A stretch of 63,979 bases of DNA, filler included, from Octopus bimaculoides (Eukaryota): assembly GCF_001194135.2 (NCBI RefSeq). It is 4 parts of 4 records of this genome, joined end to end, with 100 filler letters (N's around TTAATTAATTAA, not from the genome) between each part and the next. Parts side by side here need not be neighbours in the genome. Positions count along the whole stretch, not along the records: positions 1 to 29,350 come from NC_068996.1; 3 more parts are not named here. One strand, written 5' to 3'. Shown piece after piece: positions 12,993-25,705 of the stretch; position 1 is the first letter of the stretch; the number at the start of each line of letters is the position of its first letter. The position numbers were made by a program, and so were the translations under genes. The notes under the pieces are model-generated. The model searched no databases. It was not told the origin of the DNA and worked only from the letters and a program-made list of their open reading frames with translations.

Positions 12993-13153
12993 GGTGTAGG
13001 AGTGGTTGTGTGGTAAGAAGCCTGCTTCCTAATCACATGGTTTTAGGTTCCATCCCACTGCATGGCACCTTGGGTAAGTGTCATCTACTATAGCCTCAGG
13101 CCAACCAAAGCCTTGTTGGTGGACTCGGTAGACGGAAACTGAAAGAAGCCCGG

Positions 13154-13204
<51 letters not shown>

Positions 13205-13610
13205 GTATGTCTCTTTGTATCTATTTGTCCCCCACCCATCACTTGACATCTGATGTTGGTGTGTTTACATCCCTGTAACTTAGCAGTTCAGCAGTTCTAG
13301 GCTCCATCCCACTGTATGGCATCTTGTGAGTGGATTTGGTAGACAGAAACTGTAAGAACCCCATTGTATATATATTTATATATGTATATATTTATGTATG
13401 TGTCTTTGCATGCGTTTGTCCCCCACTCATCGCTTGACAACTGATGTTGGTGTGTTTACATCCCTGTAACTTAGCAGTTCAGCAGAAGGAACTGATAGAA
13501 TAAGTACTAGTCTTACAAAGAATAAGTCCAGGGGTTGATTTCTTCGACTAAAAGAATGTGCTCCAGCATGACCCCAGTAAAATGACTGAAACAAGTAAAA
13601 GAATAAAAGA
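12993..13610 (+). mobile_element. SINE family A with internal (TA)n and a partial tandem duplication
   Basis: Head aggagtggttgtgtggtaagaag. The block ggatttggtag...tttgtcccc...gtaacttagcagttcagcag occurs twice. Confidence 0.8.
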
Positions 13611-13869
13611 ATATATATATATCTTATGTGTATGTATATATAGATGTCATATACATGTGTGTGTGTAGAGAGAGAGAGAGAGAACAGAGTCGCTCAAGCA
13701 GTTTTACAGGGCAGCACATCTATCAAATGGTAAAGCAGGTGTTCTAAAGCAAGCTCAGTGTGGATAGAAACCACACACTGAGCCAATGGGCAACAGCTCA
13801 CTCGGTCTTGATTTGCAGCACTTTTTTTTTTTTGTTCAATATGTGACTGCATGTGTATCGTTGGCAATT

Positions 13870-14050
13870 TTCTTTCTCCATTTTCCCTTCTTTGGACTTT
13901 TTCTATATTTCTGATGAAGAGCTTCGCTCGAAACGTGAAATCCTCTTTCTTTTCTTTCCTTTCCTGAGCGTCCAATGACACTGTACTTATTCCACGTCCT
14001 CGCGTTGTTATTTTTCCGTGTTTTTTCTTGCTTGTTCATGTTTGGATTGT
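13870..14050 (+). mobile_element. Penelope-like terminal-repeat remnant with a minimal hammerhead motif
   Basis: Pyrimidine-rich flanks around attt-CTGATGA-a-gagc-ttc-gctc-GAAACGT-g-aaat (13907-13941). Confidence 0.7.
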
Positions 14051-14339
14051 ATATATATACAGGCCGCTTACATTAGGGAAAAATTTAGTTGTCACTAATT
14101 GTGACTGGGTGTTAAAAGCACAGTCATTGCTAGAAATAAAAGTTAAAACTCTTTGACAACAGCAGGAGAACAGGACAGTGATTAGATGCAGGAGAGTCAC
14201 CTCAATGCAATACTAGGTAGATAACTGCCCAATCAGCAAAGCTAGAACACTGGACCATGGTTTTGTCTTGTAATCAGGACTTGTCAGCAGTGTGACCTTT
14301 TTGCTTTGATGGAAAAGTTAAATTCTTTCATCAGTATCT

Positions 14340-14670
14340 TTTACCTGTTTCAGTCATTAGACTGCAGCCAATACTTTTTTTTTTAAGCCTGGTACCTATT
14401 CTATTGGCCTTTTTTGCTGAACCACTAAGTTACAGGGATGTAAACACACCAACACTGGTTGTCAAGTGGTGATGGAGGTACAAATACAGACAAACACGTA
14501 GATAAATATGTGATGGGCTTCTTTCAGTTTCTGTCTACCAAATCCACTCACAAGGCTTTGGTTGGCCTGAGGCTATAGTAGAAGACACTTTCTCAAAGTG
14601 CCACACAGTGGGACTGAACTTGGAACCATGTGGTTGGGAAGCAAGCTTCTTACCACACAGCCACTCCTGT
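14340..14670 (-). mobile_element. SINE family A
   Basis: Both halves are recognisable on the minus strand. Confidence 0.8.
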
Positions 14671-14882
14671 GCCAATATATATTCCTGCCATATAAATTTA
14701 TGGCTGATTTGGCGATATGCCAATGTGTATACTAAAAATTAATGTAAGCAGTTAGCCGCAATGCAAAGCCATATACGAAAAATTTAGTCATCACTAATTG
14801 TGACTGTTATTGTGAGAAATAAATGTTAAAACTCTTATAGCTGTGTGAAAAGCGTCTCTCTCTTTCTCTCCCTCTCTGTATG

Positions 14883-14972
<90 letters not shown>

Positions 14973-15129
14973 GATAACAAGCAGAAAAGTTTTAATTTCA
15001 TAGAGTTCATAATTTAATTACTTTCAACAACTGTTTCATTAAGAATAAACATCATTAATTCCATAATTATGTCATTAAGCTACATAATTCATATAAATTC
15101 ATTTAAAGCAATGTTTATCATTAAAGTAA

Positions 15130-15700
15130 GAGTTAAACGTAAGTACAGCAATGAATTTAGTGAACAGGGTTTGGTTCTTAATCCCCTCCTATGCACTATT
15201 GTCCTCCAGACCATAACAGAAGGATTCAAGAGCAGCTGCCCCTGGGAATTATATGCTGATAATCTTGCTCTCATAGCAGATCCTGTAACAGAACTACAAA
15301 AGAAATTCTAGGTATGGAAGCAAAACCTAGAATTGAATGGCCTTAAAGATTAATTTAGCAAAGTCAAGGCTCTAATAAGCAAGAAAACAGACAGGACCCT
15401 ACCCTCTTGAGTTAAATGGTCCTGCTCAATATGCAGGAATTCTATATGGTATACCCAGTGCAAGCTATGGACATACAAGAGGTAGAAAAGTTAACTGAAA
15501 AAATAGTGTTTGAATATGGAAGATGCACAGGATCCATAAAGTCTACAGGTACATGAGAAATTGATTTTCTCAAATGCCTCAGAGGCTCTTTAGAGATAGT
15601 AGATAATTTCTGCTACCTAGGGGACCCAATTAGCAGTGGAGGAAGATGTATGGAAAGTGCAATTACTAGAATAAGAATAGGATGGAGGAAATTCAGTATG
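15130..15700 (+). mobile_element. RTE RT fragment
   Basis: QGLVLNPLLCTIVLQTITEGFKSSCPWELYADNLALIA (RT motifs B' and C), followed by a PHD-like remnant. Confidence 0.82.
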
Positions 15701-16589
15701 GAAAATGAACGTTAAATGTTGATGATGACGATGCTTGTCTGCTTTTTATTTTTAACATACGTTGCTCTGAAGGATTGTTTTTGCCAGTTATTTATATGCA
15801 TGCAATTTTTTTCCATTTGGATTTACTGTTATATGGTGAGGTTTATCATTAATTACTTAATTACCATGGATGTGCATGGCTCAGTGGTTAGAGCATTGGG
15901 CTCTCAATCATATCTAAAAAGACACAGGGAAGATAACTTCATTAAGATCAGTTGATTGAATTTGATTGCCTTTGTCATGGTAGTTGAGATGGTTGTGGTT
16001 GTGGTGGTCATAATTGCAGCATTTGTACTCATATAGAAATAATAGTAGTGAATCTGGTCTTGGGGGTGAAAATAGAGTTGCATGTAACTTTTGGTTGATG
16101 TTCATAGGCAGGGCAAAGTTGTAATGCATTCTGTTTCTGTCTAATCTGCTGAAGATGGAAACCTTTATTAGATATAAGCTAATGACCCATTTGTTTAATC
16201 TTACACAGCAGATACTGTTTATAGTGATAAATTACACCAGCCTGTATTTCCCGCTTACAGCTGGATGGACTGGGTCATTTAAGAGCTATGTGTCTTGTCT
16301 AGAGAGAGATAGAATGGATCACTCTCAGCTGCTTGTTTGATCACCTATACTATCTCCATGACCATCCATTCAAAGATGTTTGCTAGAAATATGGTTGTAA
16401 ATCCAACCATATGACAACGCTTGTTAGGCCACAAGCCAAAAAGACATTTCATCTACAGTATCTATTCTTTTATCTATTTTTTTTATTTATGCATCTTGGA
16501 TCACATTACCTGTGTGTCTCTGTTTTTTCAAACAGTAAGGTTCAACTGGGTTCAACAGTAAGGTGTAATTTGAGGAAGATTTAGTTGGT

Positions 16590-16786
16590 ACTTATTCTTT
16601 TACTTGTTTCAGTCATGAGATTGTGGCCTTGCTGGGGCACCACCTTGAGGAATTTTAGTTCAATGAAATTACCTTAGTGCTTATTCTACCAGTTTCTTTT
16701 ACCAAACTACTAAGTTACATGGACGTAAACACACCATCACCATTTGTCAATCAGTGGTGGGGGACAAACACGCACAGACACACACA

Positions 16787-16826
<40 letters not shown>

Positions 16827-16985
16827 CGACAGGCTTCTTTCAGTTTCCATCTACCAAATCCACTCACAAGGCTTTGGTCAGCCCAAGGCTATAGTAGAAG
16901 ATACTTGCCCAAGATGCTACACAGTGGTATTGAACCCCAAACTATGTGTTTGAGAAGCAAACTTCTTACTACACAGCCATCCCTT
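16590..16985 (-). mobile_element. SINE family A with internal (TA)n
   Basis: Reverse complement of 21611-22003. Confidence 0.8.
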
Positions 16986-17474
16986 TGCCTATTTCTTGCA
17001 AATTTAACAACTACACAGAGGCTCCTTCTGCTCTTACTTCTTTTCTAGCGTAACTGTTGTTATCACTACTACTACCGCCAACACTACTACTAACTGAAGA
17101 GTGGTGTTCTATCAGCTAATCATTATTAGTTATCTCCGTTGCTTCTTGGCTTTAGATCTCAAGCATCTGCAGAGGGATGTTTTATTTGCTAATTACTTGG
17201 ATAATGTCAGTAGAACCTTGGTGGTGTGACTGTGTGGACATTATTGGAATCTTTGAGTGTCTTTGGAAAGAAGAGAACATAGATTTTGAATTTTATTATC
17301 TGAGTTGTTGAACATTAAAAATCTTATTAACCTGAGGTTTATTTGTATCTACCTTCTGCTGTCTACTGAGACTAGGATGTAGATCACATATGTAACTTTA
17401 AAAATGATTGAAGGTTGGTAGTACATTTGAATGTACTATAGAGTGTAGCAAAAAAGACCTGTCACATTTTACAG

Positions 17475-17514
17475 GTTAACGAACGTTTCAGTGGCAATGT
17501 GCACTACCATAATG
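17475..17514 (+). CDS. Candidate small internal exon of an unidentified gene
   Basis: cacattttacag|40 bp|gtaaat. Phase 0 to 1 reads VNERFSGNVHYHN. Non-repetitive context. No homology recognised. Confidence 0.3.
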
Positions 17515-18189
17515 GTAAATGAAAACAGAAATAGTAAAATGTTAGCTTCATGAAAACACTGTTATTGCATGTCTGATTTCATTAGGCATTGAACGAACAA
17601 AACTGGGAGGTTTTTTTTTGCCACACCCTGTATTATCTATGGATGTAGTGTATAGCTGAAGCGTTTATAAGTTTGCATTGCAATCTCAAGATTCTGGGAT
17701 CAATCTCACTGCATGGCATCTTGAGCAAATGCCTTTTACTATAACTTGGGCTCAAACCAAGCCTTGCAAGCAAAACTGATTGGATGTAAACTGTGTGGAG
17801 GCCTGTTAGATGGATTGTACCCTTAATTCAGTAACCTTGTCTTGTTATTACTAATATTAGATTGTTCTCTGAAGTAAACAAAAAGGAAGAAAAATAATTG
17901 GGGAACTTCTTATACAGCTGTTTCAGGATAATTATCCCTCATCAGAGATTCACTAGAATTATTGTTTGGCACTCCAGAGAAGTTTGAGTGAGTGATTTGT
18001 TTGCTCTTCGTAGTAGGTTGAGCAATCATGTAGAGGCTTCCTTAACATAATTCGGTTGAAGTAGTTTAAGGTGGCAGAGAATGTTGACTAGAAAAACTGG
18101 TACAGATATGTAAAGAGAGACAACAATGTGTGTGTGTTTGATAAGTGCCATGCAATTTTGTAACTTTTCCTAATTACAGATTATTAGAT

Positions 18190-18390
18190 GGTAGAAGTGT
18201 TAGTGCAATGGACAAAATTCTTAGCATTTCTTCCAACTTTTTATGTTCTCAGTTCAAATTCTACTGAGGTCAGTTTTGCCTTTCATCTTTTTTGTGGTTG
18301 ATAAAATAAAGTACCAGTTGAATATTAGGAATTATGTAGTTGATCGACTTCTTTCCCCTAAAATTGCTGGCTTTGTGCCAAAATTTGAAT
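18190..18390 (+). mobile_element. SINE family B
   Basis: cagttcaaattctactgagg...cctttcatc...gataaaataaagtacc...ttgtgccaaaatttgaa. Confidence 0.8.
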
Positions 18391-19010
18391 CCATTAATCA
18401 AGAGATATCAGGAAGAATCAACTGAGTGTATATATGTATATTTGTGTGTAAAATAGCGTAGGCTACTATGTGTATAAATGAGAGATTATGCGTGTCACAG
18501 TCTACATGCAATTTTAAAACATACATGAAGGTGATGAAGTGACAGAATTGTTAGCATCCTGGACAAAATGCCACTAAGTATTTTGTCTGTCTTTACGTTC
18601 TGAGTTCAAATTCTACCAAGGCCAAACTTTGCCTTTCATCCTTTCAAGGTTGATAAAATATGTATCAGTTGAGCACTGAGGTCAATGTAATCAACTAACC
18701 CCAAATCTCAAAATTTCAGGCCTTGTTCCTATAACTAAAAGGATTATTATTATTATTATTATTATTTAGATAGAAATCAAGGGTGATAGTGGATGGGTGT
18801 GTCTGTGGATTGCAGTGGAGGTGTTTATGCATGATTTTTATATGATAGACTTCACTCAGCAAAACAAACAACAAATGTATGTTTTAAAATTGCATGTAGA
18901 CTGTGACACGCATAATCTCTCATTTATACACATAGTAGCCTACGCTATTTTACACACAAATATACATATATACACTCAGTTGATTCTTCCTGATATCTCT
19001 TGATTGATGG
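18391..19010. repeat. 136-bp inverted repeat (arms 18391-18526 and 18875-19010) around a SINE B copy
   Basis: Read by eye, the arms are reverse complements at 135 of 136 positions. The 348-bp spacer contains SINE B (about 18530-18745). Confidence 0.95.
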
Positions 19011-19049
19011 CAGTGAGTGTATCTGGCCTTGGAGCAGCAGTTGGAACAA

Positions 19050-19651
19050 ACTTCATAATGGTGACGGTTGCAGTGGTGATGGTTGCGGTGAAGGTGGTTG
19101 CAGCGGTGGTGGTGTTGGCGGCGGTGGTGGCAACGGTGGTGGTGGTGGTGGTGGTAGTGGCAGCAATAGTAGTGGTGGTCAAGCTGACCTATGAACAAAG
19201 ACATTCCAACTCTGACCATCCTGTCTTTCTGGTGCAGTCTACCCAGTACTACATAATCCAATGTCTCCTTTCTATTTCTAGCCAGTCAAGTGACCACTTA
19301 GAGGCTCCTTCATAGGTTCATTGAGCTCAGAGTTCATGATGACAGTGATGTTATAGTTACTTATTTTTGTTAAAGATGATGATGATGATGATGATGATGT
19401 TATTGTTCTTGATTATAGTAACAATTAATTATTTTTGATGTTGATGATGATAGTGATGCTGTAAATATTTCTGTTGGTGGTGTTGGTGGTGATGAAGATG
19501 ATGATAACGATGGTGATGAATGAAAGGGAAAAGACATGATCTTCTCCATTTATCACACACAAACACTCGCTCACTCACGCACACACACAGACACACATAT
19601 CTCGTACATGATTACAATCCGTACCACCAACCTTTCTCTTTCTCAACCGTT

Positions 19652-19694
<43 letters not shown>

Positions 19695-20090
19695 GCAGCA
19701 GGTCTATAAGAGATATTGATTAATTGATCTGATTAATCAACTAGTCTACAATAACACCACCACCATTGTCAGCAGCAACACCATCATCACTGCCAACACC
19801 ACCACCACCACCACCACCACCACCATATGAAACACCAGTTCAATGTTTTGTACAATTTATAACAATTTTCAACATTTGTTTTAAAATTAGATTCTATTCA
19901 TGTCGTGTGGTAAATCAATATGTGCTTGTGTGTGTGTATACGTATGTGTGTATGCTTGTGTGTGTGTGTGTGTGGGAGTGTGTATGCATATGTGTGTATG
20001 CGTATGTGTGTGTGTATGCTTGTGTGTGTGTGTGTGTGTGTGGGAGTGTGTATGTGTATGAGAGAGAGAGAGAGAGAATGTGTGTAGTGG
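19050..20090. repeat. Simple-repeat field: (GGT)n, (GAT)n, (CA)n, (CCA)n, (TG)n, (GA)n
   Basis: Read directly from the sequence. Confidence 0.9.
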
Positions 20091-21569
20091 GGAAAGTATA
20101 GTACAGTGTTGTTGCCTTAGCAGTTATTATAGTGTTGTTAGTATGTTGATAGTGTTTTTGTTTTGTTGTACTGGTAGCGTTTGTAGTATTGGCAGAAGTG
20201 TTGTTGTTTAGCCCTAGGTCGGGCAAATTCAGCAAGTCTGTGAGAAACAGCATTCAAGCCAAAGCCAAAACCAGCCCATTTTCATCTTTATAGATGCAAT
20301 AATCTATTTAAAATTTCACAATTTAAAATATCTATGAATTTTACAAGAAAGGTAGATATTAGTTTCTTCATTTTACTTTTCTCTTTCTTTTTCTTTTTTT
20401 AAGAGAAATTTTAGCTTCTGTTTCTAGCAGTTCAGTTGACTCGATCATAATAGAGTGCGGGTGGTAAAGTATGGTAAAGGGTTGTGCAGGCCAGTAGTAC
20501 AGTGATAACTAATATAGTTCAGTATTGTTATGTCATACAACATAGTATTGTGTGTCATAGTATAACAGAGTAGTGTAGTACAACATGATATATTTTATTG
20601 TAACATGGTGTGTTGTCATATTATGTGGAGACATGTATTGTTCAATCCCATGTCAGCTTTGATTTGATGACACCTATGATTAAAGGCATACCAGTCATAA
20701 GAATTATGTTCTTTATTTATTTAGACAATGTTTCTAGAATTATATTATTGTATGTGACAGTAAATTGTGCTCCTTTATGTTCACTCTGCAACCCCACCTC
20801 CACCCAACACCATGAAGCATTGGGTGACAAACATTCTCCATCCAAAAATGGTTGCAAGCCCTGTCATGAGCTCACTCCTAGACCAGGCCCATATCTTCCA
20901 AGTCTTCCACTACAGCACTCCAGCAGGACTTGACAAATCCTCCCCCACTTCATCTCACCTTTTTTGGCTTTCATTTAAGAGAGATTATCGCTGGTCTCTT
21001 TGAGGGCATGGATAACATGTGACTAAGAATCTTGGTCTTTTTCATAGTGATGGTATTGCCCAGTCTGGCTGTTTCCATGACATCTTCATTTGTGATGTTA
21101 TGCCAAAGAAATTCTTACTTTGGTCCCAAGGCAATGTCTATGGAAGACATCTGTAAATTCTGTCTGTAAACCTTGCTGGAATGATTTGTTCATCATCATG
21201 GTGCTAAAGTTAATTTTAGTCTGTAACCAAAAATCTCATATCTATATGCTTCCATATTTTTGGCAATTTGAAATTGACCTGGCACTAGCTTCAGGTTGGA
21301 ACATTGTCAACTGGAAGTGGTGGCAATAATAGTTGTTGACTAGGGCTGGTAAACTAGAGAGCAGCATCAGGCTTCAGTCTGCCCTTCCTAATGCCAACCA
21401 CTTACAGTGTGTACAGGGTGTTTTTAATGTGGCACTAGCACAAGTGCTTTTTATGTGACACTGGTACAGGACTCTTGCAGGCTAATTCTCTTTATCTGGG
21501 AATGTGGCCTTAACACTTCCGCCGTGGAATATGGGTTTTCTTGAGTACAGAAAGGCACCCCATTATGTA

Positions 21570-21609
<40 letters not shown>

Positions 21610-21610
21610 A

Positions 21611-21771
21611 GCGCAGGAGTGGCTGTGTGGTAAGTAGCTTGCTTACCAACTACATGGTTCTGGGTTCAGTCCCACTGCGTGGCACCTTGGGTAAGTGTCT
21701 TCTACTATAGCCTCGAGCCAACCAAAGCCTTGTGAGTGGATTTGGTAGACGGAAACTGAAAGAAGCCTGTC

Positions 21772-21809
<38 letters not shown>

Positions 21810-22003
21810 TTGTGTGTCTGTGTTTGTCCACCCAACATCGCTTGACAGCTGATGCTGGTGTGTTTACGTCCCCGTAACTTAGCGGTTCAGCAAAAGAGAC
21901 CGATAGAATAAGTACTAGGCTTACAAAGAATTGCTCGATTAAAGGCGGTGCTCCAGCATGGCCGCAGTCAAATGACTGAAATAAGTAAATGAGTAAAAGA
22001 GTA
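21611..22003 (+). mobile_element. SINE family A, full-length, bipartite with internal (TA)n(TG)n
   Basis: tRNA-like head gcaggagtggctgtgtggtaagtagc...ggttcagtccc, then a microsatellite, then a 3' half ending gagtaaaagagta. Confidence 0.9.
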
Positions 22004-22369
22004 TATAAATATATATGTATAGGCAAATCAGTGACAAATGGTAAATTGAAGAACAAAAACAATAAAGGCCAAATGATGTACACAATGAATATATTAATTT
22101 GACACTCAGTGGAAGTTTGGATAGAAAATTAAATGTGAAAATATGTTTTGAGCAAAGCTCTTTCATCAGATAGTGGAAGAAAGTCCAAAGAAGAGGAAGT
22201 ATCCATTGTAGGTAATGACTTGGAGAAAGAGTACTCAGAAGAGTGCAAAAAAAAAAACACACTTATATCACCGTGATGATGGAAGCATTGTAGAAGGTAA
22301 AAAAAGACATTGACAATGCTAGTGAAAATAATAGCAATAAAGCTGATGAAAAATAATAACGATAATAAT

Positions 22370-23091
22370 AACGGTTTCAAATTATGCCACAAGAGCAACA
22401 ATTTGAGGGGGGAGGGGATAGCTCGATTACATCGACCCCAGTGTTCAATTGTTACTTTATTTTATTGACCCCAAAAGGATGAAAGGTAAAGTTGACCTTG
22501 GCGGAATTTGAACTCAGAATGTAGCAATGGGTGAAATACCACTAAGGATTTCATCCTGCGCACTAACGATTCTGCCAGCTGGCTGTCTTAGTGATGATGA
22601 TGATAATAATAATAATGATGGTTTCAAATTTTGTCACAAGGGCAGCTATTTTGGAGAAGGGGACTAGTTTGATTGCGTCGACCTCAGTGTTTCACTGGTA
22701 CTTAATTTATTGACCTTGAACGGATGAAAGGTAAAGTGAACCTCAGATGAATCTGAACTCAGAATGTGAAGACAGATGAAATAATTCGAAGTATTTCACC
22801 CANNNNNNNNNNCCTGCGCACTAACGATTCTGCCAGCTGGCTGTCTTAGTGATGATGATGATAATAATAATAATGATGGTTTCAAATTTTGTCACAAGGG
22901 CAGCTATTTTGGAGAAGGGGACTAGTTTGATTGCGTCGACCTCAGTGTTTCACTGGTACTTAATTTATTGACCTTGAACGGATGAAAGGTAAAGTGAACC
23001 TCAGATGAATCTGAACTCAGAATGTGAAGACAGATGAAATAATTCGAAGTATTTCACCCAGCGTGCTTAATGATTCTGCCAGCTCACTGTC

Positions 23092-23100
<9 letters not shown>
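22370..23100 (-). mobile_element. Tandem cluster of SINE family B separated by (AAT)/(GAT) runs
   Basis: Repeated ggtacttaatttattgacc...ggatgaaaggtaaag...tgaactcagaatg. Includes a 248-bp exact duplicate across a 10-N gap. Confidence 0.85.
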
Positions 23101-23135
<35 letters not shown>

Positions 23136-24217
23136 GAGAACAACAGTAATGGCGGCAAGAGTAAAATTAACAATGACAGCAGTAGCAACAAAGACAAAAA
23201 AAGGAATCAAAGATTTCCTTAAAATCTTTCTTTTTGTATTTGTTGCAATCATTAGACTGTGGCCATGCTGGGGCACTGCCTTGAAGAATATTAAGTCAAG
23301 CAAATCGACCCCTGTATTTATTTAAAAAAATCTTTTTAAGCCTAGAACTTTTTCTTTTGGTCTCTTTTGCTGAACCAATAAGTTATATGACTGAAAACAA
23401 ACCAACACTGGTTGTTAAATGGTGGGTTGCTGGGGAAACTAACAATGATACAAGTACATACACACATAATGTACAATAAGCTTCTTTCAGTTTCTGTTTA
23501 TCAAATCCACTTAAAGGCTTTGGTTGGCTCAGGGCCATTTCTTTCTTCTGTGATTTGAAGAATATTAGGCTGCTATTTCTAGCAGGTTGTTCCTCTGTGT
23601 AGAGGTACTAATTTCTGGTAGTGATGGAGGTGGTGCAATTGTTTTGTGCATGAGCATTCAGAAAACCACTGAAAAGGAGCAAGTGGAGAGTGTATTGGTG
23701 GTAGAAATAAATAAACAATCAATAAATTAGAAGAAAAGTAAAAAATTACAATACAACAGTTGGACTGCAGATTTGTTTTTTTTATTTATTTTGTTTGCTA
23801 TTATTAGAAACCATCATTATTATTAAGAAATGATTGTCAGTAACCACTAAAAAAAACAAAAAAACAAGAATCATTAGTGTCAGGCAAAATGTCTTGCAGT
23901 ATTTAGTTATGGTTCTTTATGTTCTGAGTTCAAATCCTGCTAAGATCAAATTTGCCTTTCTTTCTTCTAGTGAGAATAAATAAGGTACCAGTCAAGTATT
24001 GTGGTTGATGCAATCAGCTAACCCCTGTCCCCAAAATTTGTAGTTTTGTGACTATGTGTGTTTAAGAAGTTTGCTTCAAGACCCTGTAATCGCAAGCTTT
24101 GTCTGACATCTTGGGGAAAGTGTTATCCACTCTAGCTCTGAGCCAACCAAAGCCTTGTGAGTGGATTTGAGAGACAAAGACTGAAATCAGTCTATCATAT
24201 ACATGTATGTGTGTGAA

Positions 24218-24500
24218 GGCGCATAGCTAAGTGGTTAGGATATTCAGCTTGCAATTGTAAGGTCATGATTTCAATTCCTGGCTGTGCGTTGTGTCCTTGA
24301 GTAAGACACTTTATTTCATGTGCTCCAGTCCACTCAACTGCTAAAAATGAGTGGTATCTATGTTATGCTGAAGCTCTCTGAGTACTACATGAAGGGTACA
24401 TGTGTCTGTGGAGTGCTCCAGTGCTTGCATGTTTTATTTCATGAGCAGGCTGTTCTGTCAATCAGATCAACTGGAAACCGCACAAGTGATTGAGTGCCAG
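24218..24500 (+). mobile_element. SINE family C (tRNA head + CORE-like domain)
   Basis: ggcgcatagctaagtggttagg...ttcaattcc, then gtgtccttgagtaagacactt...ccagtccactcaactg...aaaatgagt. Confidence 0.7.
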
Positions 24501-24547
<47 letters not shown>

Positions 24548-25475
24548 NNNNNNNNNNNNNNNNNNNNNNNNNNNNNNNNNNNNNNNNNNNNNNNNNNNNN
24601 NNNNNNNNNNNNNNNNNNNNNNNNNNNNNNNNNNNNNNNNNNNNNNNNNNNNNNNNNNNNNNNNNNNNNNNNNNNNNNNNNNNNNNNNNNNNNNNNNNNN
24701 NNNNNNNNNNNNNNNNNNNNNNNNNNNNNNNNNNNNNNNNNNNNNNNNNNNNNNNNNNNNNNNNNNNNNNNNNNNNNNNNNNNNNNNNNNNNNNNNNNNN
24801 NNNNNNNNNNNNNNNNNNNNNNNNNNNNNNNNNNNNNNNNNNNNNNNNNNNNNNNNNNNNNNNNNNNNNNNNNNNNNNNNNNNNNNNNNNNNNNNNNNNN
24901 NNNNNNNNNNNNNNNNNNNNNNNNNNNNNNNNNNNNNNNNNNNNNNNNNNNNNNNNNNNNNNNNNNNNNNNNNNNNNNNNNNNNNNNNNNNNNNNNNNNN
25001 NNNNNNNNNNNNNNNNNNNNNNNNNNNNNNNNNNNNNNNNNNNNNNNNNNNNNNNNNNNNNNNNNNNNNNNNNNNNNNNNNNNNNNNNNNNNNNNNNNNN
25101 NNNNNNNNNNNNNNNNNNNNNNNNNNNNNNNNNNNNNNNNNNNNNNNNNNNNNNNNNNNNNNNNNNNNNNNNNNNNNNNNNNNNNNNNNNNNNNNNNNNN
25201 NNNNNNNNNNNNNNNNNNNNNNNNNNNNNNNNNNNNNNNNNNNNNNNNNNNNNNNNNNNNNNNNNNNNNNNNNNNNNNNNNNNNNNNNNNNNNNNNNNNN
25301 NNNNNNNNNNNNNNNNNNNNNNNNNNNNNNNNNNNNNNNNNNNNNNNNNNNNNNNNNNNNNNNNNNNNNNNNNNNNNNNNNNNNNNNNNNNNNNNNNNNN
25401 NNNNNNNNNNNNNNNNNNNNNNNNNNNNNNNNNNNNNNNNNNNNNNNNNNNNNNNNNNNNNNNNNNNNNNNNNNA

Positions 25476-25705
25476 CATAAAAGACACCATTTCGAGCGTG
25501 GCCGTTTTCGTGCGGGTGACACGTAAAAGCACCCACTACACTCTCTGAGTGGTTGGCGTTAGGAAGGGCATCCAGCTGTAGAAACTCTGCCAAATCAGAC
25601 TGGAGCCTGGTGTTGCCATCCGGTTTCACCAGTCCTCAGTCAAATCGTCCAACCCATGCTAGCATGGAAAGCGGACGTTAAACGATGATGATGATGATGA
25701 TGATC
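25476..25705 (+). mobile_element. Young RTE 3' tail
   Basis: Near-identical to 7190-7427 and 35215-35446. Abuts an N gap. Confidence 0.88.

Noticed and set aside
18950-20253. His-, Gly-, Val- and Thr-rich ORFs
   Set aside because: They are translations of (GGT)n, (CCA)n and (TG)n repeats, open in several frames on both strands.
12845-20490. Other AG/GT-bounded segments (near 12845, 20295 and 20430)
   Set aside because: No recognisable peptide and no consistent phase with neighbours. They show how common chance splice-like signals are here.
22555-23060. Exact 248-bp tandem duplication (22555-22802 and 22813-23060)
   Set aside because: The identical copies are separated by a 10-N gap, the usual sign of an unmerged contig overlap.
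7482-24290. tRNA-like sequences with A/B boxes (7482, 21611, 24218 and others)
   Set aside because: They are SINE heads followed by SINE bodies, with no complete cloverleaf.
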